A stretch of DNA of 64,000 bases, taken from positions 124,001 to 188,000 of the forward strand of contig JAAPAO010000004.1 in the NCBI GenBank assembly GCA_013115145.1, written 5' to 3'. The notes beneath the pieces were generated by a model that was given only the letters and a program-made list of their open reading frames with translations, had not been told where the DNA came from and searched no databases. A program made the translations under genes and the position numbers. Shown in pieces: positions 1 to 14,202 of the stretch. Within the stretch, counting starts at the first letter, position 1; each line of letters starts with the position of its first letter. The DNA is from Perkinsus chesapeaki ATCC PRA-425 (taxonomy: Eukaryota; Protista; Perkinsozoa).

Positions 1-533
1 CGCGGATCGACCCCACCCTGGGCAAAGCCTAGTCTCTTCCTCAGTGTATGAGCAGCACTAATAAGATACGTTCGTCCTTTCTCTTCCTTGTACACAAAAG
101 CTGTGCCAATTTGAGTGCCTGGAGGACTACCACCCTGTGGGCTTGCATACATTAACACCACCGATGACTCAAGTGACTTGAACACTTGTCTGAAGTCAGT
201 CGAAGTGCTGTTGGTCTCTAATTGTTCCTCGCAGCTCACCACTGCGTTAGATGACGCATCCGATGAGAATAAGGCAAAACTCATGCTTGCAAAGAGGGAT
301 GCCGCAGCTGCAGCACCTCTACCAAGAGCACCTCCTTGACGATACCACTGACCGTCAGCGTGCGCCCCTCTACAGAGACTTGTTCTATTCAAGAATAGTG
401 GTGGTGATGGCGTTGCAGCAGCACTGAATGTTGTGTATGGTCTTGATAAGACAGACGACGCAGTATGTGTTAACGATGCTGCTAGGCTACGGTTACCACA
501 GATGGCCTTATAAGGGCCGAATACTTGATACAT
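1..533 (-). CDS. HtrA/DegP-like trypsin-fold serine protease, N-terminal part (runs off window edge); probable mitochondrial presequence
   Basis: Manual translation from ATG at 533 is open to base 1: MYQVFGPYKAICGNRSLAASLTHTASSVLSRPYTTFS...VFKSLESSVVLMYA...GTAFVYKEEKGRTYLISAAH. This matches the HtrA 'SVV...GSGF...ILTNAH' pattern. The N-terminus is Arg/Ser/Ala-rich and acid-poor. Missing from the ORF track. Confidence 0.6.
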   Translation of the reverse strand, partial: MYQVFGPYKAICGNRSLAASLTHTASSVLSRPYTTFSAAATPSPPLFLNRTSLCRGAHADGQWYRQGGALGRGAAAAASLFASMSFALFSSDASSNAVVSCEEQLETNSTSTDFRQVFKSLESSVVLMYASPQGGSPPGTQIGTAFVYKEEKGRTYLISAAHTLRKRLGFAQGGVDP

Positions 534-610
534 TGAAAGGGGTATATATTAGAAACTACAAAATTGAGATAATGATTATAGAACTCTACAAACTATGGCA
601 GTAGCTATCA

Positions 611-2191
611 TCAATCAGGTTTAAGAAGCTGTGGGGGTACACTATGTATTCTCCTCATTTTCTGTATTGAATATGCCAACAATGCCATGAAGAAAGTGAT
701 AGCTATAATAAGCAACTTCAGCACGGTATTCATCTGCGCCCTTCGCTTAGTCTTCGCTGAATGCATCTCCTCAGGGGAAGATTTGATAGCATTTGGAGGG
801 GTTCCAACTTGGGTAGTCAGCACACTCGTTCTGGTTTCTCTATGATCCACCTTATCATCCTCACCCTCCTCGTCAGAGTCCATCTTATCATCCTCACCCT
901 CCTCGTCAGAGTCCACCTTATCATCCTCGCCCTCCTCGTCAGAGTCCATCTTATCATCCTCGCCCTCCTCGTCAGAGTCCATCTTATCATCCTCACCCTC
1001 CTCGTCAGAGTCCATCTTATCATCCTCACCCTCCTCCTCCTTAATAGTTTTCCTGCGAGTTTTGTCCCCTTTCAAGTCTCTGGCATTATCGTCATTCTCT
1101 CGGTCATGTGAAGTTACCATAGTCTTGGCAACTTTCGTGGATTTAGATACATACCTAACCATAAGCGTGCATGCTACACTACAACCGTCAAGAATCCCTA
1201 CTTATGTTTCTCCTCCTTTAACTGAGCGAGAGCCTTCCGAATTCCTGGATCATTTGGGCATGCCCGATAACTGACAATAACAATCGTCAAGTTGACACAG
1301 CAACACGCAGCACCTTACGCAGACATGAGAGAAGCCTTAGCCAGTTTGTAATCGTTCTTGTAGTTCATATAAACCATACCCTGCCAATAGAGTGCCTTCA
1401 CATTCGAGGGGTCTAATCGAAGAGCCTAGAGGGGTACATCATCACTACTGCAAGACGACCAATGCCGAATCTCTCACCTGTCTGGTCTGGATCAGGACTT
1501 CATCGAATTCCTCAAGTTTGTATTTACAGATGGCAAAAGACACATGGCATTTCTAAGACACCTCAGCGCTGTCCTCAAGTGAGCGCTGCTGCTGCTTACC
1601 AACTTGCTACTATTAAACCATTCCCTCTCTTCTTTAGTATCCGGGAAACAATACTCAAAGTTGAGGAGGGCCTTACGATACCATACTGCTGCTAGACCAA
1701 GATTGCCTTCTCGTAAATATTCATTTGCTTTCTGTCGCATTGTATCGGCACCTTCAATGACTTGTACGAACATCGATGGATGTTGAGGGCACCTTGTAGC
1801 TTCTCCTTGGTAGGCATATCATACAACTGTTGCTCTTTCCGATGGTCATGTGAACAACCGCCCAACTCGGCTGCCTTCATCATTTCTATACATTCCGGCC
1901 CTGACACAACTGTCCCAAGCTGGCAAGCTCCAAGTTCCGTATACCATGTTCGTGGTCGAGCGGACATCGTTCTTTTGCCTCTTGAAGTTGTTCTTCCAAT
2001 TTAGCCTTCTTTGCATCAGCCTCATCCTTCGACTTCATCTCAGCCTCCATTCTTCTGAACTTTGAGTAATCGTTAGAGTATGGTGACGGATTTGTAACAG
2101 TCGGCAGAAGAGGGGCATCTAGAAAAAACAGCAGCACTGTTTCTGTCGCTGCAGCTCCTATACTTACCTGCCTTGCACTCAGAGAGCTCAT
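611..2191 (-). CDS. TPR-repeat protein with acidic tandem repeat and C-terminal tail anchor (multi-exon)
   Basis: Spliced exons give ...KANEYLREGNLGLAAVWYRKALLNFEYCF...KCHVSFAICKYKLEEFDEVLIQTRQ/ALRLDPSNVKALYWQG...ACPNDPGIRKAL (TPR helices). These join in phase to ORF 611-1162, which ends in the hydrophobic helix LLIIAITFFMALLAYSI plus a basic tail. Confidence 0.7.
847..1036. repeat. 33-bp coding tandem repeat, ~6 copies (DDKMDSDEEGE)
   Basis: CTTATCATCC recurs at 851, 884, 917, 950, 983 and 1016 (period 33), nearly identical. Confidence 0.95.
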
Positions 2192-2429
2192 CGGACACCT
2201 TCGACTTGGCCTTTTCATTAAGCCAGTCCCCTGCTAGCTCCCTTATCATTGCGCTCTCGCTTGTCGTATACATACCATTTACTTTACTATTATCAACACT
2301 AGAAGGCATTCTATAATAAAGACTTAGTAGGTTGATATGAAAATGACTTCCTTTCGCAATGATCGAGTACGTGAATCTATTAACACAACACGTAGAGGGA
2401 CATGAACAATGATGAGTAAAGCGAATATG

Positions 2430-5113
2430 TTTCATGGCAGCATGCTGTTGAAGGTGTGCATTGTGACCTCTCCGGTGGAGGAGGAGATGTGTAAAGCTGT
2501 AGAAAGATACTGAAGAACAGCCTCGAAGTCTTTTCGTGGGAGAGAGCGTAGTATTGAAGGCTCTATTGAACATCTACAAATAGCCAACAGCGTAATATGA
2601 ATGTACCTTGAAGAGCAGTCTTGGTCAAATCTGGCAAAGTGTTGGGTAATGTCTGCTTGGCCATCTTATGGCAGAGCTCTGTCAAGTTTAACTGTTTGTG
2701 GCTCAGGATCCTTCGTTGATAAGGTGCATACCTGTTCATAAAGGATCGTCTATAATGTGGATGTATCATACAGTGTGGTATCCGCTAGCAGAGGTGCATC
2801 ATTGTCATCAACATCATGATCGCTAAGTTGTACAACTACTAGTCGAAGTAGGAGAATATCGGAGGAGCCCGTCAAGGTAATCTATGACGGTAATGCCGAA
2901 ATACAGATTGGTTCTGTACTCACCACTCTGTCAACGACTACACTGTTGGGTGAGCCGTGAGGAATTGATAGTTGGATGCTACTAGGTGAAGGTGTAGTAA
3001 GTGAAGTTTTGGAGAGAGTGGAGGTATGCAGTTCATCTGTCTTAGACTGAAAACAAAGGTGATCATGCCCTGCGTACCCAATTTAGCATCAGTTCTGGTT
3101 TCACCGAAAGGAGGCTTTACATCAAGCAAGATTATATCATCGAATCGGTCAGCTGATGGCCTGAAAATAAGGACATCAAAAAAAGGTCAAAACAAATAGC
3201 AGAGATAACACATGATACTTGGAATTGCTCTATCTCCAAACCCCTTGGAAATTGGTTTTCTTATCGAGCCTTGTGAACTTTACAACTTCGAGATAGCCCG
3301 GGGATGACAGGTACTCCTCTACCACGTATGCCTACCTTCTTCTTATGCCCACCAGCCTAGCAGCAGTCTCATTCAAGAAGTTTTGAACCTCATCTTGTGT
3401 ATGCAAGTTGTCCTTACAGACCCCTAATGTGTATCTAATAACTGTTTAGGATAGTGCACTGTGATAATAATAATAAATACATTCGAGCAGCGGTGGTATC
3501 CAACATCCGAAGGACCATTATGCCGTTATTCGAGGAGGGCAGCAGCCCCCATAACTCCATCCTAGCCCATTGAGTAGAGGGGCCAGTATTGGTCGCTGCT
3601 GCCGCTTTGTCAGAATAAACCGGCATCCACACTTTTAGTGGAGGGGTTCTGATAAGTAGCGGACACTAGCGTTATTGATGGTCATGTTGCAGTAGTACAG
3701 GCATCGCCTCCTCAGCAGGTCATTATTCCCCAATGTTGGTGATGATGTTCCAGATACCTTTAATACGATTTGTCCATTAGTATTATTAACTCGTACATCG
3801 ATCTTCCCATCTTGACCTATGGTGACTTTAGAAACTAAGTTGCGTATGATATCCTCGTTAATAAGGCCTTCATGCCGCAGCTCAATCTCATCTATAATCG
3901 TTTTACCCTCAGTGTCCTTAACAATGATTATAAGAGAGGATGGCCAGCCAATGGCACTTCTACCCTCAAGGATGGCATTTGCCAATAGAACACCCCTGAT
4001 AGGCGACAGGGAATAGTCACAAATTGTTGCTGTGGCTCACCCCTCAATGAGACCCTCTGGTGCTATGAAAGTTCCGCCATGCGGACACATAGCACTATGT
4101 TCACGCTCAGAAGATGTGTGGTACCAGATAGTCATAATATACAGCTTCTCATCCACTCTCATAGTAGAGCGATGAACCATCTCGCAGCATTTCATTGTTG
4201 AAGCCACAGGTTCGATTCCCACGGAAGGTGTTGTCACTAATCCCTCTACATTTTTTCGTAACATGTTTTTTATGTCATCCGCTACTTTAAGCCTCGTGGA
4301 TCTAAACAAAGTTGATCAAGGCTTTTCAGACAGCAGACACCTACAATTCATCCAGCGATCTCTGCCACTTCGCTGACCTCTCCAACACTTGAGAAAGCCT
4401 ATTTGCTAGGGAGTAGCGAGATGCCCAATTAGACTCTATTATAGCCTTATCCTGAACAATAATAATACATCGCTTAAGTGGTAGAGCCTAACTTTGAGAA
4501 GCTCAATCCTTTCAGCCTTCAGTCTTGCTAGTCGGAGTTCAAGGTCTTCTAATTCCCTATAGTATTGATCAACTCTTTAGCCAGCCTATTCCCTAACTTG
4601 TAGCATTTAAGTGTTTTATTGAGCCTAGCTGCTTCATCTTCAGCAGCATTCTTATCGTTTATTAGCCTACACAAGTAACGTCTAAGACTCTCCCACAGGC
4701 GTACAGGAACCATAGCAAAGTCGGCGGTCCTTGGAGACTGACAATATACGAATGTACTCCTGCTCGTAACACTTCACTAACCAAGGTAATTGAATCCATT
4801 TCTGCTAAGATAGCTCCTACTTCTACATTACCGTTACAAGATACGAAGGATGAAGTAGTAGTTATATTGGGAGAGGTACCTGAGACTTATGAAAGGAATC
4901 ACGTTGCTAGTCAGGTCCACTAACAATAGCACTTTCGCTATGTTTATGGATATAATCGGCAGCGTGGAACTTTCGATCGAATACAGAAGGTATAGCTGCA
5001 CCAGCCGTAATCCTAGCTTGCCCCGTCACCGGTAGGACTAGCCGGCTACTGTGGTAGTGCTGGTACTGCCCACTGTCAGATTCTACTCTGGTGTGATTGA
5101 GAGGGGAAACCAT
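2430..5113 (-). CDS. Hypothetical multi-exon protein(s); includes a coiled coil and a weakly BTB/BACK-like C-terminus
   Basis: Open minus-strand exons bounded by GT-AG (ELEDLELRLARLKAERIELLK; LNLTELCHKMAKQ...; EPSILRSLPRKDFEAVLQYL...). No family recognised, and it may be more than one gene. Confidence 0.35.
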
Positions 5114-5417
5114 AACGACTGTGGATGTTTGTCAGGTACTTTAAACGCGACAATAGTAAAGATAAATTGTTAAAAAACGTTGAGTGGAGACTACGAGTTC
5201 TACTGCGTACAGTGGTGGTGCCTCTTCTTCTACCTCATCGATGGCCCTATAGGCTACAAAACAGCAGCTTCACATACTATCAAGATGGTAGTAATGTTAC
5301 AAAAAAAGCAAAGCGAGTACGAGTATGCTTTACGTGATTATCGGTGGAGCAGCATTGGACGATGACGATGAAGAGGACTGTCCCTAAGGGGATTAGAGAA
5401 GTAATACGAATGTCTCA

Positions 5418-8017
<2,600 letters not shown>

Positions 8018-8314
8018 CGATAAGAATTATGAACTACTAAGTCAACTAAGGGAAGTGAAAGGGGCTTTTAAATAATAATAAACGAAACTCTCATGTTAGT
8101 ATATGACGTATATGAAGCACGATAGAAGATACCAACAGATGTTACAACACTGATGGTTATCTTAATGTGCTTGAAAGGTAATGATGATGCTGATGAAACA
8201 TAGGAACCTGAGCCTAAGGAATATACAACTGTAATGACATCGGAACGTACGTAAGCAACTGGATAGCAAGCACTCGTGGCTGCTGCTGCTGCTTCTACTG
8301 CTCATACCATCTTC

Positions 8315-10793
8315 TCAGTTTCTACGGATACTGTCATCCTCTGACACCGCTGGAGGCTTCGCTGGGCCTTTAGCACCACTCTTGCCTAAAATGAGGTACT
8401 AACATAGGTTATCATCGATTTAAGCGTGTTACAGAGTCCGCATGGTTGAGGCTGCTGCTGCTGCTGAGTTGTTGTCTTACAGCATGGTCTATCCCAAGAT
8501 ATAGAGTCAACAACAGCACCAAAGACATCTCTCTCAGCATAAGGGTAATCCATTATACTGAATCCTAGCTCACACAGTTCACCAAGATAGACAGTTAACT
8601 AGTGATAATGATGAAAACAGAGGTGGACGGAAGCAGTGTACCTTGCCAGTAGCCTCATCACGGCCGATGATGAAATCGTAACGCAGTGCTGGAGCTGGTT
8701 GGTCAGATTCGGTTAACATCCATCTCTGCCAGGCTCTTATGCATGTATGGCAAATACTCTCGGCCTACTAATGACTAAAGTGAAATATCCAAGTAAGGAG
8801 CTGTACCTCCTTCAAAGCCTCAACATCGCCATTGAACCACCTATGGGCAGCCTCAGTTCGGTCCTACAATCGGTACAATGATGGCAACGGCGTTGGAGCT
8901 GCTGCTGTTTACCATTGATCGTTCAAAGTCTCTATAGAGACCATCTTCACTAATTCTAGCAAATGTAGAGTATGTCACATGGCGCACTTCCCCCATACTT
9001 GTGATGAATCTCATCTCAAGGCTGTTAGGCACTCTCTCTTGCACCTAAAGATACAACACTTGTTGATAGTAATGTAGAAGGAGTTACCATACCAAAACAG
9101 AGTCATTCCTGCATGTAGGCTGGAGTACTATATCCTGCATTTGACTGGCCAGTGATGAGGCATTGGCATCGAATGTCCTCACATCCATAGCTTCCCAAGA
9201 GTAACCAAGCTTACATACACCACCTGCGGGGGGGGAGGTAATATCAGCTGTTCGATTAAGGTCAACATCATCTATCTACCTCTAACAAGGGGCTTGTTAT
9301 CCATAATGATTTTAAGGTTATCCAATGCAGCTTGAGCAGCAGCATGAGCTGAAGTTATGACTGAACCTCTACTAACCTGAGATGATACAATATAACCTGC
9401 TTATCCTATTATACTCCATTACCTTAACACATTTAGGAAGTCTAAGATCATCCTGTAGACATAAATGGGCATATAAATCCTTAGCAACAATGGTGCGATG
9501 TAAATGTGAGGTATGAGGGAATCGAGTACAGATACCAATGGCCTCCATTCTGAAAGGGGATGCTGAAGAGTGGCTCCACCGTCACAAGGATAGGCGATTA
9601 TCAAAGTAGCTATCGATTTAGTAAGACAACTACTACCTTGTGAGCAAATCGAAGAAGGCATCTCGAGCCACAAAACCTCCAATATTGGGGTTACAAGAAT
9701 CTTCAAACTCACATACCCAAAGGAAATACATACCAGCACGATGTCTGATAGAAAAACCGTAAAATAAATCTGCCACCGGATGACGGTTGGTAATATACCT
9801 CCCACTCAGCTGACATGCAATTGCCCTTTCGCTTATCTTAGTCAGTTCTGCACTACACTTTACATATGTTGTAAGGACCTCATAATCAGGTCCAATACGT
9901 CTATATAGCTCCCCCATAAGAGACACTATGTACCTGTTAAATCGTATGGATACTATAATATTATAAACTACTTACGCATCGGATATAGTAGAACCTGTCT
10001 CACCCCAACTAGGAAAGTCCCACTCATTAGCCGCTTCAGGATTAGCCCATCGTACCTTAATTGAAGGGCAATGGATGAGAGAGCGGTATGGCTTGTAGAC
10101 TCACAACATGAATACTAACAGATGGTCTAGGGTTTGGTGGTGTAAGCTTAAGGTCTCCTGATGGTACATGCTCAGTTACTCTAGAAGTATCTAATCTCAT
10201 AGAGCCTCTCTCGTACCATAAGGAATGGTCATATGTAACCAATGGCCAAGTGTTCCTAAACAACACATGTACTATTATGGTATTATTATTAGGCAGACTA
10301 CTTATCATTTGATCTATATTCACTCTTCTTCCAATCCCTTGTAATAGTAGCTGTCATCCAACGATCACTCCAACCAGTTGGTGGGGACATAAATGCATCA
10401 GCTGGTGATGATACAGCCATCCAACAATATGGTGAACTAGATGTCCTACTAATTTGCATACGATAGAATACCCATCTAATAACAATGTTATACAACAATA
10501 ACAATGTATTCAAAGGCTTACAGTCTATGTCCAGCTATTAATGTATCGGGTAAGTGAGCCAACATATGCATATCATAATGTGGCTCATTATCCCTATTAG
10601 GATGCATTGGCATTCTAAAACCAGTCCCATTAAAACCATTACTGATAACTACACCACTGTTATCAGCATAACCTGGCTGAGAGCCTGATGCTGCTGATGC
10701 TGATGCCATCTCATAATCCATCGATGGGACTGGTGAGGGTGCCATCGTAGGAGCTCCTGTCGCTGCTGCTGCTGTTAATGGTGATGAAGACAT
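8315..10793 (-). CDS. Divergent ATP-grasp fold protein with long N-terminal extension
   Basis: Ordered ATP-grasp-like motifs: VCKLGYSWEAMDV; QERVPNSLEMRFITSMGEV; LRYDFIIGRDEATGKLTVYLGELCELGFS. Confidence 0.55.
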
Positions 10794-10970
10794 AACGATA
10801 CAGACACTACAGAGATTGTGAGGGCTTGGGGTAGGGAACACAAACTGTGATGGTGAAGTTAAAAATGTTAAAGGAAATTAAGCAGAGGAATTGGAGAAGC
10901 AACTGTTATCATTAATAATTCAGGACAGTCTATAATGGTGCCTAGTCAACTTGGAAGTACAAAATTAGGG

Positions 10971-13474
10971 CTATTGGTGAGGTGGTGGTGGTGGTGGTGG
11001 AGTTGAGTCATCACCATTCAATTTAACTGCACTCACTTTACCCATAACATCTACTACAGCCCACCAGCTATTAGATAGATAATTACGCATAAAACAAGCA
11101 TCGTCATCATCTAATGGTAATTGAACACGAAGATGGGCATTCTGATAAATATTTACCTTATCAAAGGTAAACAGTATACCAATACGGTCACCAAGGGAAA
11201 CCTAAAGAGGAAGTATAGATAATCGAATGGTCCTCAACCTAACCTGCTTGGCTGGCCTCCAATCTTTAGAGCTAATAGGATGACTTTTACCATTCAACCA
11301 AAGTCGTACAGGATCATATCCCACTAAGAGCGAGGCGGCCGACACCACATCAGTTGGAGCTAATGTTGTGATGGCATCCTCTTCTAATCTCCCTGATGGC
11401 AGGTTAGTAACTAAAATGTAATAGTGAGTACTAATAGGAATAAATGATAGGTTACCGCAAGAAGGGTCTATAGTAGTGAGGCCAAGGGCAAAGGTTTTCA
11501 TAGCAGTAGCAGTCTTAGTTATAGTAATAGAGTAATAAAAACCACCGAAAGGTAGACTACTGCTTATTGGTAACCTGAATAGAGTATGTCATATAGTAGA
11601 TGTTATTAGATACCTCTTCAACGGGTATTTACTAAACACCACAGCATTGGTAATACCATTCCTCCTAACAGCTGTTATACCATCATCCTCTAGTTTAATA
11701 CGATTCCCTTTAACAACATTTGCAAACACCATCGGTCGATATAAATGGATGCAACTAAAAGCATCGGTGATGTTCGAAAGCAAACGATTTTATTACTTTA
11801 TACCCTCGGCCATGTTGCCTGCCCTTCCAATAACCTTTATACTTATATCAGATGGTATGCCACCCTCCTTCTCCTCCTCTTCCATACAAGGTAGTGTTAT
11901 CTCTATGATGGTAGAAGGTGATGCCCCCTTTGGCACTGACTTCCCTGTTACTGTCTTTATATTAGCATTAACTATCTCATACCCCCTTCTCACTTCAATA
12001 CCCTCAAGGCTTTGGGCAGTTAGGTTAGTAACCTCGAGCATGACTGTAGCCTCCTTGGAGTAGGGTAGTGCAGATGGCTTTATATTCACTAATCGTGCTT
12101 TATCAAAGTACTCGAATGCTCCTCTCAGTATAAAGCTATCATTAATATCATCCATAACCACCACTACATCCGCTAGCCCCGGTGGTCCCCTTGATAGAGG
12201 CGCCAAAAACTCCCTCTGTCCCTCTATCATTGATGCTACCTCTGCACATGGTCTACCACCAATCTTGAGGTAAGATATGTTATTAAGATCCACAACACTG
12301 CTGTCACCTGCCCCTCTTTCCACCCAGAAACGTGTACCGCCCGATCTGGGGGCACCTGAGGGATTGAGAAGTATCGGTGACATGGTGGTAAGATAGGATG
12401 CAATCGAGCCTAAGTCATCTTCCATTAATATCGATGCACTAATGGTAGATAACCTTGTAGTATTGGTAGGGTAAACAGATGATTCTATACCAGAGGGGTT
12501 ATCACCATCCTCAGATTCTGATAACTCAAATGAGACGGTACCCTTATTAGCTGATAACAGGCTATTGTCAGTTAGTGTTACATCACCAGTAGTAGGCAAT
12601 GGATGCTCTAAGTGGTTCATATCATGCTCCTCCTCCCCTAGACTACCATCCTCAATAATCCCATCACCATCTTCTTTCAACTCGGATGCCTCCTCTATGT
12701 GCACCTCCGGTATCACCTTGGATGCCGCCGCCTCCTCTTCCCCTGTCCCTTGTATACCCTCCTCCTTCTGTGCAACATCGTCCTCTGTCCCTTCTATAAC
12801 ACTTCCCTTCTGTGTAACATCTTCACCTGTCCCTTGTATAACACTTCCCTTCTGTGTAACATCTTCACCTGTCCCTTCTATAACACTTCCCTTCTGTGTA
12901 ACATCTTCCCCTTTCTCTTCGGTAGCCTTCTGCCCTCCTATACCATCGTCTATGCTATCAGATGGTGGTGTCGGTATAAGGTCAATCATTGCTTTATCAT
13001 TAGCAGCATCATAATCATCACCCTGCTTACCAGATGCTATCTGGTAAGGCTCTGATGTTGATCGAGCAGTAAGTGGTTGAGAGTCTTTCTCCTGTTGCCA
13101 GGCATGACTTAGCCTATCTAACCGTAATAATAGTTGAAGCCTCTCCCCCTCTTCAATCAATCCTCTTAGTATACCATCTACACATGCCTTATCTGTACTA
13201 CCAGTTAATGTAGATCGTATTGTTATTATCATTTCCATACCTATTATTACAATACCAACTTCTTCTATATTAAACTACCATCACATCCAATATCATTACC
13301 TTCAACCAACTTAGCCTTTGCTTGTGTTAATTTATTAGCCTTCTCCAATTGTTCAGCTTCCCCTTTTAAGCCCTCAACTCTTACGAGAGTTGACACTAGA
13401 TCGGGCCGGCGTTCATCTCCACCTCTACCATTAGCCGACTCGCTACTACTACTACTATTCCATCCCATAGGCAT
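10971..13474 (-). CDS. Multidomain protein: helical N-terminus, acidic repeat linker, IPT/TIG domain, Neuralized (NHR) domain
   Basis: ORF 11793-13238 contains IGGRPCAEV...FLAPLSRGPPGLADVVVV...RGAFEY (IPT/TIG). A 42-nt intron joins it in phase to VKGNRIKLEDDGITAVRRNGITNAVVFSKYPL ... WWAVVDVMGKVSAVKL (NHR). Stop TAG at 10971-10973. Confidence 0.7.
12742..12909. repeat. 42-bp coding tandem repeat, 3 near-perfect copies plus 1 degenerate (GTGEDVTQKGSVIE)
   Basis: Units start at 12791, 12833 and 12875 (period 42). Confidence 0.9.
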
Positions 13475-13632
13475 TATAACAAAAACTATAAAAACCAGAT
13501 CACCATACCATAAAGACTTGAACACTACAGTACGGTATACAACGAAAGCTTTACACATCTTCTTCTCCACGGTTCTGGTTGGTAGCGTAGGCCTGCTCCT
13601 TATCGGACATATGTTTCCATGCCTAACAATTA

Positions 13633-14109
13633 TTATATAACTATCCCCATCATTCTTATTACCTCATAACGCCCCGTATAATATCCAGCATAATACCAGC
13701 TCATACAAAGATTACTCAATTCAGGATCCTCTGGTAATGGCATCATCATTCCCATAGGCGTCACAGGAGCAGCAGCAGCAGCATTGGTAGTAGGAGCAGC
13801 AGCATTGGTAGTAGGAGCAGCAGCAGCATTGGTAGTAGGAGCAGCAGCAGCATTGATAGTAGGAGCAGTAGGAGGATCCTTAGTAACCTCTTGCTGGACT
13901 TCCTCTTGCCTTGACTCCTCCTCCTCCTCTTCCTTTTGTACCCCCTCATTTCGTTCTCTATTACTACTAGATGACATATCTTCAATAATCCTATCTATCT
14001 TGCTAATAGCTTTATCATCATCATATTCATTATCCAATCGTTTGGACAACACCGATGCTAACTCATTAAAGGTGTCCAATAATATATCACCGCTGCCGTT
14101 ACCAGCCAT
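13633..14109 (-). CDS. SMN-like (survival motor neuron/Gemin1) YG-box protein, single exon
   Basis: C-terminus LPEDPELSNLCMSWYYAGYYTGRYE matches the SMN YG box (SWYMSGYHTGY). Low-complexity middle; no Tudor domain seen. Confidence 0.6.
   Translation of the reverse strand: MAGNGSGDILLDTFNELASVLSKRLDNEYDDDKAISKIDRIIEDMSSSSNRERNEGVQKEEEEEESRQEEVQQEVTKDPPTAPTINAAAAPTTNAAAAPTTNAAAPTTNAAAAAPVTPMGMMMPLPEDPELSNLCMSWYYAGYYTGRYEVIRMMGIVI
13765..13870. repeat. 21-24 bp coding repeat (APTTNAAA)x4
   Basis: GCAGCAGCATTG(G/A)TAGTAGGA repeated four times. Confidence 0.85.
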
Positions 14110-14202
14110 TACCAACCGACTAACATAACAATCACCTACAACCATCACTACTACACACTCAACAATCGGAAGAAGACTTTCAGAAACAGTAACACTGTAA
14201 TA

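Noticed and set aside
485-493. ACCGTAGCC (SL 5' half) on the minus strand
   Set aside because: Only 9 nt, inside the HtrA CDS (GNRSL); expected by chance in 128 kb of both strands.
847-1036. Regularly spaced repeats as a CRISPR array
   Set aside because: No unique spacers; head-to-tail in-frame coding repeats in a eukaryotic gene.
761-1111. ORF-track hydrophobic/basic repeat ORFs (761+, 817-), and likewise 12565+, 12699+, 46129+ and 46184+
   Set aside because: Alternative-frame or antisense read-throughs of stop-free tandem repeats in real minus-strand genes.
2200-5400. Possible integrated virus in the unannotated block
   Set aside because: No viral hallmark motifs recognised; the exons are separated by host-type short introns.
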